In this document: piece by piece, positions 7,755-16,595 of the stretch
Layout of the letters: each line of letters begins with the position of its first letter
Position numbering within the stretch: the stretch's first letter is position 1
Assembly (NCBI GenBank): GCA_012517965.1
Contig: JAAYTZ010000078.1
Location: 20,885 to 84,884, forward strand
Reading direction: 5' to 3'
DNA from: Propionibacterium sp.
GTDB lineage: Bacteria > Actinomycetota > Actinomycetes > Propionibacteriales > Propionibacteriaceae
DNA: 64,000 nucleotides
Position numbers and translations under genes: made by a program
Notes under the pieces: model-generated
Database searches by the model: none
Told to the model about the DNA's origin: nothing
The model's input: only the letters and a program-made list of their open reading frames with translations

Positions 7755-8450
7755 ATGACGGCACGACTGGATCGCGAGGACGCGAACATCAGGTCCTGGG
7801 TCACCTGCGCCACCGCGCGGGGCGGCCGCCTCACGCTGGACGCCTCGGCGTTCTTCCCGGGCGGCGGTGGGCAACCGGCCGACACCGGCAAGATCCGCTG
7901 GTCCGGCGGCGAGGCCGACGTGACGGCCGTCCACGAGGAGGGCGACGACATCGTCATCGAGACGGACGCCGACGTGCCCGACGGCGTCCACGTGCTCGAA
8001 TGTGCCCTGGACGCCCCGCGGCGCCACCTCCTCATGCGCACCCACACGGCCTTCCACCTGCTCACGGCCGTGTTGGGCGAGCTTGGCAGCCAGGTGACCG
8101 GCTGCAACCTCGAGCCGGGCCGTGGGCGCGGCGACTTCACCGGCATCGGCGCCGAGCAGGCGCGGGCCGCGGTCGAGCGGGCGAACGAACTGGCGGCCGA
8201 GGGGCATCCGGTCCGCATCGAGGCCGTGTCGCGCGCCGAGTTCGCGGCGGACCCGTCGCTGGTGCGCCTGGCCACCGACCTGGTGCCCGACGTGGACCCG
8301 GTCCGGGTCGTCACCATCGAGGGCATCGACCGGCAGGCCGACGGTGGCACCCACGTGTCGAACACCGCCGCCATCGGGCGGATCGTGTTCGAACGGTTCG
8401 AGAACAAGGGGGCGCGGAACAAGCGCATCACGTTCTCGATCCAGGACTGA
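7755..8450 (+). CDS. Free-standing alanyl-tRNA editing protein (AlaX family)
   Basis: FFPGGGGQPADTG, MRTHTAFHLL (HxxxH), QADGGTHV and KGARNKRI. Confidence 0.85.
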   Translation: MTARLDREDANIRSWVTCATARGGRLTLDASAFFPGGGGQPADTGKIRWSGGEADVTAVHEEGDDIVIETDADVPDGVHVLECALDAPRRHLLMRTHTAFHLLTAVLGELGSQVTGCNLEPGRGRGDFTGIGAEQARAAVERANELAAEGHPVRIEAVSRAEFAADPSLVRLATDLVPDVDPVRVVTIEGIDRQADGGTHVSNTAAIGRIVFERFENKGARNKRITFSIQD

Positions 8451-9354
8451 CCGGGGGCCTCTCACGGCCCAGGTGGTGCACCACGGCGCCGACGAGGTTG
8501 GCGTCCGCCGAGTGCCGGCAGCCCCTGATCGCGGGTCGCGGCACCGGCACGAGGGTGTCCGCCGCGTCGAAGGTCGCGGCGGCCTGGGCGGCCAGCGCCG
8601 CGACGAACGCGGGTCGTCGGCTGATGCCGCCGCCCACGGCGACGGCCTCCACGTCGAGGAGCATCTGCGCGTTGAACAGCAGGCGGGCCAGGACGGCGCA
8701 GTAGGCGTCGAGGGCCGCCGTGGCGGCGGCGTCCCCCGCCTCGACGAGGTCGAACACGACGCGGCCGTCGACCGTGGCCGGGTCGCGGCCGGTGGCGGCG
8801 GCGACGGCGGCCGTGAGCGCCCCGACCCCCAGCGTGCCGCCGATGCGCTCGGCGGAGAACGGCTCTTCGATCGTGCGCATCAGCAGGCTGAAACTGCCGG
8901 CGTAGAAGTGCGTGCCGTGGTGGAGGCGTCCGTCGACGAGCACGGCGCCGCCCAGTGCGGTGCCGACGATGAGCGCGAGCGCGTTGCGGCAGCCGGTCAG
9001 GACGCCGTCGCCCACCTCGGCCAGCAGGGCGCAGTTGGCGTCGTTCTCGACCGTCACGCGGGTGGGGCAGCGCGCCGCGACGGCGCTCCTCATTTCCAGA
9101 CCGCGGGTGAACCTCAGCGCGCCGCCGTTGAACATCAGCCCGGTCGCCGGGTCGGTCTCGCCGGCCGTGCTGATCGCCACCCCGGCCACCTCGGCCGCGT
9201 GCCGGTCGTAGACGGCCCCGAGGGCCGCCACGAGCTCGTCGGGCGTGCGCACCGAGGCGGTGGGGAACTCGCCCTGCGCGCGCAGCCGGTACCGGTCGTC
9301 GACCACGGCGTGCTTGATCGCGGTTCCGCCGATGTCGAAGGCCAGGTAGCGCAT
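8428..9354 (-). CDS. ROK family sugar kinase
   Basis: LAFDIGGTAIK, ENDANCALLAE, IVGTALGG and VAVGGGIS. Confidence 0.85.
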   Translation of the reverse strand: MRYLAFDIGGTAIKHAVVDDRYRLRAQGEFPTASVRTPDELVAALGAVYDRHAAEVAGVAISTAGETDPATGLMFNGGALRFTRGLEMRSAVAARCPTRVTVENDANCALLAEVGDGVLTGCRNALALIVGTALGGAVLVDGRLHHGTHFYAGSFSLLMRTIEEPFSAERIGGTLGVGALTAAVAAATGRDPATVDGRVVFDLVEAGDAAATAALDAYCAVLARLLFNAQMLLDVEAVAVGGGISRRPAFVAALAAQAAATFDAADTLVPVPRPAIRGCRHSADANLVGAVVHHLGRERPPVSPGSRT

Positions 9355-9513
9355 GCGGCCATCCTCCCGCCGGCCGGCGGTCGGGGCAGGGTTTCGGGGC
9401 GGCTGGTGGCCCGACGCCCGCGGATGGGCCGCGCGGTCGCACGGCGGGCCCGGCGGCTAGCATGCTGGGCGGCGTCCGTCCGGGCGCCCCCGAGCCACCG
9501 TCGAGAGGTCCCC

Positions 9514-9933
9514 ATGCAGGCGCAGTTCCGTCCCGATTTCGAGAAGGCCGGCGGCCTGATCACCGCCGTCACCGTGGACGCCGAGACCGGCGAGGTGCTG
9601 ATGGTCGCCTACATGAACCCCGAGGCCTTCGACCTGACGCTCGCCACCGGCAAGGTGCACTACTGGTCGCGCTCCCGGGGCAAGCTGTGGAAGAAGGGCG
9701 AGTCGTCGGGCAACATGCAGCGGTTGGTCGAACTGCGGGTCGACTGCGACCTGGATGCCGTCGTGGTGCGCGCGGTCCAGGAGGGTCCGGCCTGCCACGA
9801 GGGCTACAAGTCGTGCTTCTTCCGCACCGTGGACGCCGACGGCTCGCTGCGTGTCGACGCCGAGCGCCTCAAGACGCCGGAGGAGATGTACGGCGCCCCG
9901 GCGTCCTCGACCGCGACCGAGGGCGTCCGGTGA
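9514..9933 (+). CDS. hisI: Phosphoribosyl-AMP cyclohydrolase
   Basis: VLMVAYMN, YWSRSRGKLWKKGESSG, DCDLD and ACHEGYKSCFF. Confidence 0.93.
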   Translation: MQAQFRPDFEKAGGLITAVTVDAETGEVLMVAYMNPEAFDLTLATGKVHYWSRSRGKLWKKGESSGNMQRLVELRVDCDLDAVVVRAVQEGPACHEGYKSCFFRTVDADGSLRVDAERLKTPEEMYGAPASSTATEGVR

Positions 9934-10808
9934 GCGGCGAGGCCCCCCAGCTCCGGCTGGGCCTGCCGAAGGGTAGCCTGCAGAACGCCACCCAGGAGCT
10001 GTTCGAGAAGGCCGGCTTCAACATCCAGATCTCCAGCCGCGGCTACTTCCCGACGATCGACGACCCCGAGATCTCGTGCATGCTGATCCGGCCGCAGGAG
10101 GCGTCCCGCTACGTCGAGAAGGGCCTGCTCGACCTGGCCATCACCGGCTTCGACTGGATCCTGGGCCGTGACGTCGTCGAGGTCGCCGAACTCGAGTACT
10201 CCAAGGTGTCGCGCCGCCCGGTTCGCTGGGTGATCGCGGTGCCCGAGGACAGCCCGATCCGCACCGTCGCCGACCTGGAGGGCAAGCGGATCGCCACCGA
10301 GGCCGTCGAGTTGACCGAGCGGTTCCTGGCCGAGCGGGGCATCACCGCCGAGGTCGAGTTCTCCTGGGGGGCCACCGAGGTCAAGGCCCCGCACCTGGCG
10401 GACGCGATCGTCGACGTCACCGAGACCGGCAGCAGCCTGCGCGCCAACCGGCTGCGGATCGTGCACGAGATCCTCGAGTCGACCACCCGTCTCATCGCGT
10501 CCCGCCAGGCGCTGGCCGACGAGTGGAAGCGCCGCAAGATCGACGACATCGCGATGCTGCTGACGGCGGCGCTGCGGGCCCAGGGCAAGTCGGGGCTGAT
10601 GCTCAACGTGCCGTCGGCGAGCCTGGAGGCCGTCGAGGCGATCCTGCCGTCGCTGAAGTCGCCGACGGTGTCGGTGCTGCAGACCCCCGGCTGGTTCGCG
10701 GTCAACACCATCGTCGACAGCCGATCGGTCCGCGACCTGATCCCGAAGCTCAAGGCCGCCGGCGCCGAGGACATCGTCGAACTCGCCTTGGCCAAGGTCG
10801 TCGAATAG
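9930..10808 (+). CDS. hisG: ATP phosphoribosyltransferase, long form
   Basis: LGLPKGSL, FSWGATE, DAIVDVTETGSSLRANRL and a C-terminal regulatory domain (LKAAGAEDI). GTGA overlap with hisI. Confidence 0.93.
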   Translation: MSGEAPQLRLGLPKGSLQNATQELFEKAGFNIQISSRGYFPTIDDPEISCMLIRPQEASRYVEKGLLDLAITGFDWILGRDVVEVAELEYSKVSRRPVRWVIAVPEDSPIRTVADLEGKRIATEAVELTERFLAERGITAEVEFSWGATEVKAPHLADAIVDVTETGSSLRANRLRIVHEILESTTRLIASRQALADEWKRRKIDDIAMLLTAALRAQGKSGLMLNVPSASLEAVEAILPSLKSPTVSVLQTPGWFAVNTIVDSRSVRDLIPKLKAAGAEDIVELALAKVVE

Positions 10809-10906
10809 GCGGACGCCGCTGCTCTACTGTGCGCGGGGGGCGTCCTGGCCGGACGCGACCGCACCGGGCCGCGCGGGGCCCTACACTGGCCCCAAGCAAC
10901 GACAAA

Positions 10907-11030
10907 CGTGCTCCGGGGTCGGTGAAAGTCCGAACCGGCGGTGACAGTCCGCGACCCAGAGGCCTCGGCCGCTGGTGGAGCCGGTGGAACTCCGGCACCG
11001 ACGGTTAAAGTCCGGATGGGAGGCAGCACG
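10907..11030 (+). ncRNA. FMN riboswitch (RFN element)
   Basis: CGTGCTCCGGGGTCGGTGAAAGTCCGAACCGGCGGTGACAGTCCGCGACCC...GGTGGAGCCGGTGGAACTCCGGCACCGACGGTTAAAGTCCGGATGGGAGGCAGCACG. P1 is CGTGCT/AGCACG. A TACACT -10 lies just upstream. Confidence 0.95.
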
Positions 11031-11137
11031 GGACGCCCGCGGCGTCCGGCTCGGCGCGTCGGCCTCGGCTGGCGATGCGGGGCCGGGCGGAGCCTTCGGC
11101 GTCCGCTGGCCCCGGTCGCACCGACCGGAGGCAGGCG

Positions 11138-11923
11138 ATGTTAGACCCACGCACTCGGCGGCGGCACCTGGCCGCCCCGTGGGTGCTCGCCGTCGTGCTG
11201 CTGGCGGGCTGGCAGGCCACCGTGGCGCTGACCGGCCTGCCCACCTTCCTGCTGCCCAGCCCGGGCGCGGTCGTGCTCCGCCTCGGCCAGCTGCTGAGCG
11301 GGCCCACCGTCTGGCCCTTCATCGGCACCACGCTGCTGGAGGCCATCGGCGGCTGCCTGTTGGGGGCCGCGGTGGCGTTGCCGCTGGCCGTCCTGATCCA
11401 CCGCTCGCGCTGGGTGAACGCCGCCGTGACGCCGTTCCTCGGGGCCACCCAGGCGATCCCCGCGATCGCGATCGCCCCCCTGCTCGTGCTGTGGGTCGGC
11501 TACGGCCTGCGGTCGGTCGTGCTGCTCTGCTCGTTGCTGGTGTTCTTCCCCATCCTGGTGGCGTCCGTGCTCGGCCTGCGGCACACCGACCCGTCGGTCA
11601 TCGACGCCGCCCGCATGGACGGCGCCGGCAGCGCCGCGCTGCTCACCCAGGTCGAGCTGCCGCTCGCGCTGCCGTCGATCCTCGCCGGCCTCCGCAACGG
11701 CTTCACCCTGTCGGTCACCGGCGCCGTCGTCGGCGAGATGGTGATGGGGGGCGACGGCCTCGGTCAGCTCCTCACGATCCAGCGCGACTCCCTCGACACC
11801 GCCGGCATGTTCGCCACCATCGTCATCCTCTGCGCCCTGGCGTCCGCCGCCTACGGGCTCATCCACCAGGTCGAGCGCCGCTCGACCGTCATGCAAGCGC
11901 TGTCGGGAAGCTCCCGGCACTAG
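11138..11923 (+). CDS. ABC transporter permease (SsuC/NitT type), probable riboflavin transporter RibX-like
   Basis: FLLPSPGAV, IPAIAIAPLLVLWVGYG and an EAA-like loop DAARMDGA. First gene after the FMN riboswitch. Confidence 0.8.
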   Translation: MLDPRTRRRHLAAPWVLAVVLLAGWQATVALTGLPTFLLPSPGAVVLRLGQLLSGPTVWPFIGTTLLEAIGGCLLGAAVALPLAVLIHRSRWVNAAVTPFLGATQAIPAIAIAPLLVLWVGYGLRSVVLLCSLLVFFPILVASVLGLRHTDPSVIDAARMDGAGSAALLTQVELPLALPSILAGLRNGFTLSVTGAVVGEMVMGGDGLGQLLTIQRDSLDTAGMFATIVILCALASAAYGLIHQVERRSTVMQALSGSSRH

Positions 11924-11936
11924 GAAAGGACCCCTC

Positions 11937-13013
11937 ATGCTCACCCGTCGCCACGTCCTCACCCTCGGCTCCGCCGGCCTGGTGGCCGGCCTCGCCGGCG
12001 TCCTCTCGGGCTGCGGCTCGGCGGGCGCCCCGACGTCGGCGGCGACGGCGTCGGGCAGCCCGGCCGCGGGCGGGGCGGCGTCCGCCGGCGCGTCGGCGTC
12101 CGGGGGAACCCCGGTGACGATCGGCCTCACCTACATCCCGAACATCCAGTTCGCCCCCTTCTACACCGGGGTGGCCCAGGGGCTGTTCGCCGCCGCCGGC
12201 ATCGACGCCACCCTGCGCCACCACGGTGCCAGCGAGGGGCTGTTCACCGCGCTGGCGGCGGGCCAGGAGGACTTCGTGATCGCCGGCGCCGACGAGATGC
12301 TCCAGGCCCGCGCCCAGGGCCTGGAGGTCGTCGCGATCGCGCCCTACTACCGCCAGTACCCGGCGGTCCTGGTCGTGCCGGCCGACTCCCCGATCAAGAC
12401 GGCCGCCGACCTGAAGGGCCGCTCGGTCGGGGTCCCCGGCCGCTACGGCGAGTCGTGGTTCGCGCTCAAGGTGCTGCTCAACTCGGCGGGCCTCAGCGAG
12501 TCCGACGTGACGATCCAGGAGATCGGCTACACCCAACAGGCGGCGCTGACCGGCAAGAAGATCGACGCCTCCATCGGTTTCGCCAACAACGACGTGGTCC
12601 AGTTCAACGCCGGCGGCTTCCCCGTGCGCACGATCCCGCTGACCTCCGGCCCGCTGCCGCTGGTCAGCATCTCGCTGATCACGACCCAGCAGGTCCTGGA
12701 CACCCGGGGCGACGTCGCCCGGCGCGTCGCGGCGGCGACCGTGCGCAGCATCGAGGCCGTCGTCGCCGACCCGGCCGGCGCCCTGGTCGACGCCGAGGGC
12801 TTCGTGCCGGCGCTGAAGGCGGACGCCGCCCAGAAGACCGCCGCGGCGCGCACCCTCGACGCCACCCTCCCGCTGTGGACGGACGCCTCCGGCCGGGTCA
12901 CGCCGGGGCTGGACGAGGCGAAGTTCGTGGCCATGGCGACCTTCATGGAGCAGCAGGGCCTGCTGGCCAAGCCGGTGGACGGCACGAAGGCGCTGTGGAA
13001 CGCCCAGGGCTAG
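11937..13013 (+). CDS. NMT1/THI5-like substrate-binding lipoprotein, probable riboflavin-binding RibY-like
   Basis: Tat-like RR, lipobox LSGC, IGLTYIPNIQFAPFY and DLKGRSVGVPG. Lies in the FMN-riboswitch operon. Confidence 0.8.
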   Translation: MLTRRHVLTLGSAGLVAGLAGVLSGCGSAGAPTSAATASGSPAAGGAASAGASASGGTPVTIGLTYIPNIQFAPFYTGVAQGLFAAAGIDATLRHHGASEGLFTALAAGQEDFVIAGADEMLQARAQGLEVVAIAPYYRQYPAVLVVPADSPIKTAADLKGRSVGVPGRYGESWFALKVLLNSAGLSESDVTIQEIGYTQQAALTGKKIDASIGFANNDVVQFNAGGFPVRTIPLTSGPLPLVSISLITTQQVLDTRGDVARRVAAATVRSIEAVVADPAGALVDAEGFVPALKADAAQKTAAARTLDATLPLWTDASGRVTPGLDEAKFVAMATFMEQQGLLAKPVDGTKALWNAQG

Positions 13014-13068
13014 CCGATCGGCCTTCGGCGGCGGGGCTATGCTGCCGCTACCCCGTCCAGGAGGAGCC

Positions 13069-13521
13069 ATGAGCGAGACGACCCGGCCGCCGGTCCCGGG
13101 CTGGGACGACTACTTCCTCGGGATCGCCGAGGCCGTCTCGGCCCGCGCCAAGTGCGTCCGCCGCCGGGTCGGGGCCGTGCTCGTGCTCGACCGGCGGATC
13201 ATCGCGACCGGCTACAACGGGGCGGCGCCGGGCCGGCCCGACTGCCTGGAGGGGGCCTGCCCGCGAGGACAGCTCGGCTACGACGAGGTGCCCGGCCTGG
13301 GCGACTACGACCGCCCGGGCACACCGGGGTTCTGCATCGCCATCCACGCCGAGGTCAACGCCCTGCTCTTTGCGACCCGGGACACCAAGGGCGCCACGGC
13401 CTACATCACCGACCCCCCCTGCCCGGGCTGCCGCAAGGCCCTGGCGGCAGCGGGCATCATCCGGGCCGTCTGGCCGGGCGGGGAACACGACCGGGACGGC
13501 CTCGTGGACTGGACGGCTTGA
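13069..13521 (+). CDS. dCMP deaminase / ComEB family zinc-dependent deaminase
   Basis: WDDYFLGIAEAVSARAKC, IIATGYNG, IHAEVNAL and PCPGC. GGAGGAG RBS. Confidence 0.85.
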   Translation: MSETTRPPVPGWDDYFLGIAEAVSARAKCVRRRVGAVLVLDRRIIATGYNGAAPGRPDCLEGACPRGQLGYDEVPGLGDYDRPGTPGFCIAIHAEVNALLFATRDTKGATAYITDPPCPGCRKALAAAGIIRAVWPGGEHDRDGLVDWTA

Positions 13522-13524
13522 GCC

Positions 13525-15834
13525 GTGACCGCGCGCCGACCGGGCAACGTCCTGGCGGGCGGACTGCCCGCCGAGACCGAGTCGTTGCCACCGGTCGACG
13601 GGCTGAGCACGAGCGGGTTCGCGACCCTCATCGACCGCGGCATCGCGCTGTTCTGCCTGGTGACGCTCGTGCCGTCGGTCATCACCGCCTACGGCCAACT
13701 GCAGCACGTGGACCCCGCCTGGCTCGCGATCGTCGGCGGGGCCCTGGTCGCGGTGTCGGTGCTGATGCCGTACTACGCCTGGTCCCGGCGCGGCATCCGG
13801 CGGTTGGCGGGCCTCTACGCGGCCGTGGTGCTCGTGGGGCTGGTGACGTGGCCGCTGGCCTGGAGCGGCGACGGGGCGGCCACCGGCGCGATCATGTTGT
13901 GGATGGAGATCGGCCTGGCGACGGTCTGCGTGGCGGTGGCGGCGAACGCGGGCCTCGCCGCCGGGTACGGGGTGGTCTGCGCGGTCGTGTTCTTCCTGGT
14001 GCGCGGGACGCCCGCCGGCGGCTCGGCCAGCCCCCTGCTCGCCCTCCAGGACGCCCTCGTGGTCGTCGTCCAGCCCGCCGTGACCCTGCTGATCCTCCAC
14101 TACCTGCGCGAGCGGGTCCTCTGGTTGGACGCCGCCCTGGCGGCCGACCAGGCGGCGACCGCGGACGCCGCCGTGAACCAGGCCCTGGTCGACGAGCGCC
14201 GCCGGCTCGACGCCATCGTCCACGACGAGATCATGACGACGTTGGTGGCCGGCGCCCAGAGCCGGACGCCGCACGACCGGTCGGTCGCCGAGCAGGCGCG
14301 GCGGGCGCTCGCCTGGCTGGGGCAGGAGGCAGCGGCGGACGAGGACGACTCGGCCGCCGTGTCGGCCGACCAGCTCGTTCGCCTCATCAAGGACGCCACG
14401 GCGGGCGTCTGCCCGCGGGCCGAGGTGCTCGGCGAGATCCCGGCGGCGGCCGTCACGATCCCGCAGCAGGTGGTCCGGGTGCTCATGCGGGCCGTCCGGG
14501 AGGCGGCGCTCAACTGCGAGAAGCACTCGGCCGCCGAGCACGTGCAGGTGCTGGTCACCGTCACCGCGTCGGCCCGCCGCGTGTCCGTCCGGATCAGCGT
14601 CACCGACGACGGGGTCGGTTTCCTCCCGGACGCGGTGCCGCCGCAGCGGCTCGGCCTCCGGGTCGCCATCGGGGAGTGGATGCAGACGGTCGGGGGTCGC
14701 TTGGAGGTCAGCTCCGCCCCCGGGCGCGGGACGACCGTGCGGCTGACCTGGTCGGGGGAGCGGTCCCGCCCCGTCGAGCGGCCGGTGCGCCGCACCCAGG
14801 CGGACGCCGCCCAGCACCCCCTGTTCAGGACCCTCGACCCGCGGCCCATCGTGGCGGCGGTGGTGGTGTTGGCGCTCGTCCACGCGCTGCTGGGGGCGAC
14901 GACGCTGCCGCAGTTGCGGCGTCCGGAGCTGCTACTGCTGGGGATGGCCGTGATGGTGGTCGGCCTCGTGCTCGGCATCCGGGCGATGCTGTGGCCGCCG
15001 ATCACGGTCGCGCGGGGCTGGCTGCAGGCCGGCCTGGCCGTCGGGGTCACCCTGCTGTGCCTCCTGGCGCTGGAGGGCAACGAGGCGGCGGGGCTGCCGT
15101 GGCCGGAGCACGGAACCTGGTACGCGGCCATCGTGATGATGATCCTGGTCGTCACTTACACCAGCGGGCAGGCGCCGGCCGCGTGGGTGGGCGCGGCGGC
15201 CCATGCCGCGCTGGTGGCGTGGTGGGGGCACCCGCTGAGCCCCAGCGACCTGCTGGTGGTGGCGCTGCTCCCGGTGGCCTGGCTCGGGCTCGCCGCGGTG
15301 TTCTTCTACTGGCTCGACGCGATGTGGGCCCAGCTCGACGAGGCGGAGCGGGAGGCGCGCGAGTCGGCGCGGATCAACGCCGCCCTGTTCGGCAAGCTGG
15401 TGTTGCGCGAGGTGTGGCTCGCCGAGCTGCGGGCGGAGGTGGGCCCGCTGCTCGAGCACCTCGCCGACGCCGACCGTCCCCTCACCGACGCCGACCGCGC
15501 GGCCTTCCTGCTCATGGAGGGCAGCCTGCGCGACGGCATCACGGCGGCCAACTTCAACGCCCCGGGGCTCGGCGCCGCGATCATGGACGCCCGGAGCCGG
15601 GGCGTCCAGGTGACGCTCGTGGACAACCGGGGCTCCCGGCTGCCGGAGGCCGCCCGCCGAGCGGCTCTGCGCACCCTGGAGCAGATCGTGCGGTCGGCCG
15701 ACTCCGGGCGTATCGTGGCGCGGACGGCCCCCGAGGGCTACGACGAGGCGGTGACGATCCTCCGCGCCGGGCAGCCGGGGGAGACCCAGCTGACCCGGAT
15801 CGGAGAGACCGGCCGGGTGGAAACGGCCTCGTGA
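13525..15834 (+). CDS. Membrane sensor histidine kinase with a second, degenerate sensor-kinase module
   Basis: TM block, H-box IVHDEIMTTL, HATPase (LNCEKHS, DDGVGF, LGLR, PGRGTTV), then a second TM block and a truncated kinase-like tail. Confidence 0.75.
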   Translation: MTARRPGNVLAGGLPAETESLPPVDGLSTSGFATLIDRGIALFCLVTLVPSVITAYGQLQHVDPAWLAIVGGALVAVSVLMPYYAWSRRGIRRLAGLYAAVVLVGLVTWPLAWSGDGAATGAIMLWMEIGLATVCVAVAANAGLAAGYGVVCAVVFFLVRGTPAGGSASPLLALQDALVVVVQPAVTLLILHYLRERVLWLDAALAADQAATADAAVNQALVDERRRLDAIVHDEIMTTLVAGAQSRTPHDRSVAEQARRALAWLGQEAAADEDDSAAVSADQLVRLIKDATAGVCPRAEVLGEIPAAAVTIPQQVVRVLMRAVREAALNCEKHSAAEHVQVLVTVTASARRVSVRISVTDDGVGFLPDAVPPQRLGLRVAIGEWMQTVGGRLEVSSAPGRGTTVRLTWSGERSRPVERPVRRTQADAAQHPLFRTLDPRPIVAAVVVLALVHALLGATTLPQLRRPELLLLGMAVMVVGLVLGIRAMLWPPITVARGWLQAGLAVGVTLLCLLALEGNEAAGLPWPEHGTWYAAIVMMILVVTYTSGQAPAAWVGAAAHAALVAWWGHPLSPSDLLVVALLPVAWLGLAAVFFYWLDAMWAQLDEAEREARESARINAALFGKLVLREVWLAELRAEVGPLLEHLADADRPLTDADRAAFLLMEGSLRDGITAANFNAPGLGAAIMDARSRGVQVTLVDNRGSRLPEAARRAALRTLEQIVRSADSGRIVARTAPEGYDEAVTILRAGQPGETQLTRIGETGRVETAS

Positions 15835-15860
15835 GGGGCGCAGAACGGACGAGGGACGGG

Positions 15861-16511
15861 ATGGCGATCAGAACCGCGATCATCGACGATCACGAGGCGA
15901 TCCGGCTGGGAATGGAGGCGGCCTTCGCGGCCAGCGGCGACGAGCGCGTCCAGTTGGTGGGGGCGGCCGCGACCGTGCCGGAGTTCTTCGCCGCCGGGGT
16001 GGACGCCGACGTGGTGCTGCTCGACCTGCGGCTCGCCGACGACTCAGACCCGAAGGACAACGCCGAGGAGCTGCGCGCCCACGGGGTCCAGGTGGTCGTG
16101 TACTCGATCGCCGACAACGTCCGGCTGCTGCGGCGCGCCCTGGCCGGCGGGGCCGATGGGGTCTGCCGGAAGGCCGACCCCATCGCGGCGACGATCGAGG
16201 CGATCGTGGCGGTGTCGGAGGGGCAGCAGGTGATCAGCCAGGAGATCCTGGCGGCCATCGAGGGGGACCAGGACTACGTGGCCGCGGCGCTCGGCGCTCG
16301 CGAGCGCGAGGTGCTGAGCCTGTACGCGGCCGGCCTTGAGATCCCGGAGGTGGCGCGCGCCCTGTTCATCACCGAGAACTCCGTCAAGGAGTACCTCAAG
16401 CGCATCCGCGCCAAGTACACGAACGTGGCCCGGCCGGCGGCGTCCAAGCTGGATCTCTTCCGCCGCGCCATCGAGGACGGCATCGTGCCGCCCGTCCAGC
16501 CGCTGCGCTGA
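15861..16511 (+). CDS. NarL/LuxR family response regulator
   Basis: IIDDHEAIRLG, VVLLDLRL and a LuxR HTH (REREVLSLYAAG...TENSVKEYLKRIRAKY). Confidence 0.92.
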   Translation: MAIRTAIIDDHEAIRLGMEAAFAASGDERVQLVGAAATVPEFFAAGVDADVVLLDLRLADDSDPKDNAEELRAHGVQVVVYSIADNVRLLRRALAGGADGVCRKADPIAATIEAIVAVSEGQQVISQEILAAIEGDQDYVAAALGAREREVLSLYAAGLEIPEVARALFITENSVKEYLKRIRAKYTNVARPAASKLDLFRRAIEDGIVPPVQPLR

Positions 16512-16595
16512 TTCGGGGGCTCAGGCCCGGTCCACCACCCCCGGTGCCGGACGCCGCGTGCCGACGGCGTCCGCCCGCACTCCTAGAGTGGGCGC

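Noticed and set aside
13069-13521. Deaminase next to the FMN operon as a possible RibD or flavin-related enzyme
   Set aside because: The sequence fits the dCMP deaminase/ComEB type, has no reductase domain, and has its own -10 (TATGCT) and RBS. The adjacency is probably incidental.
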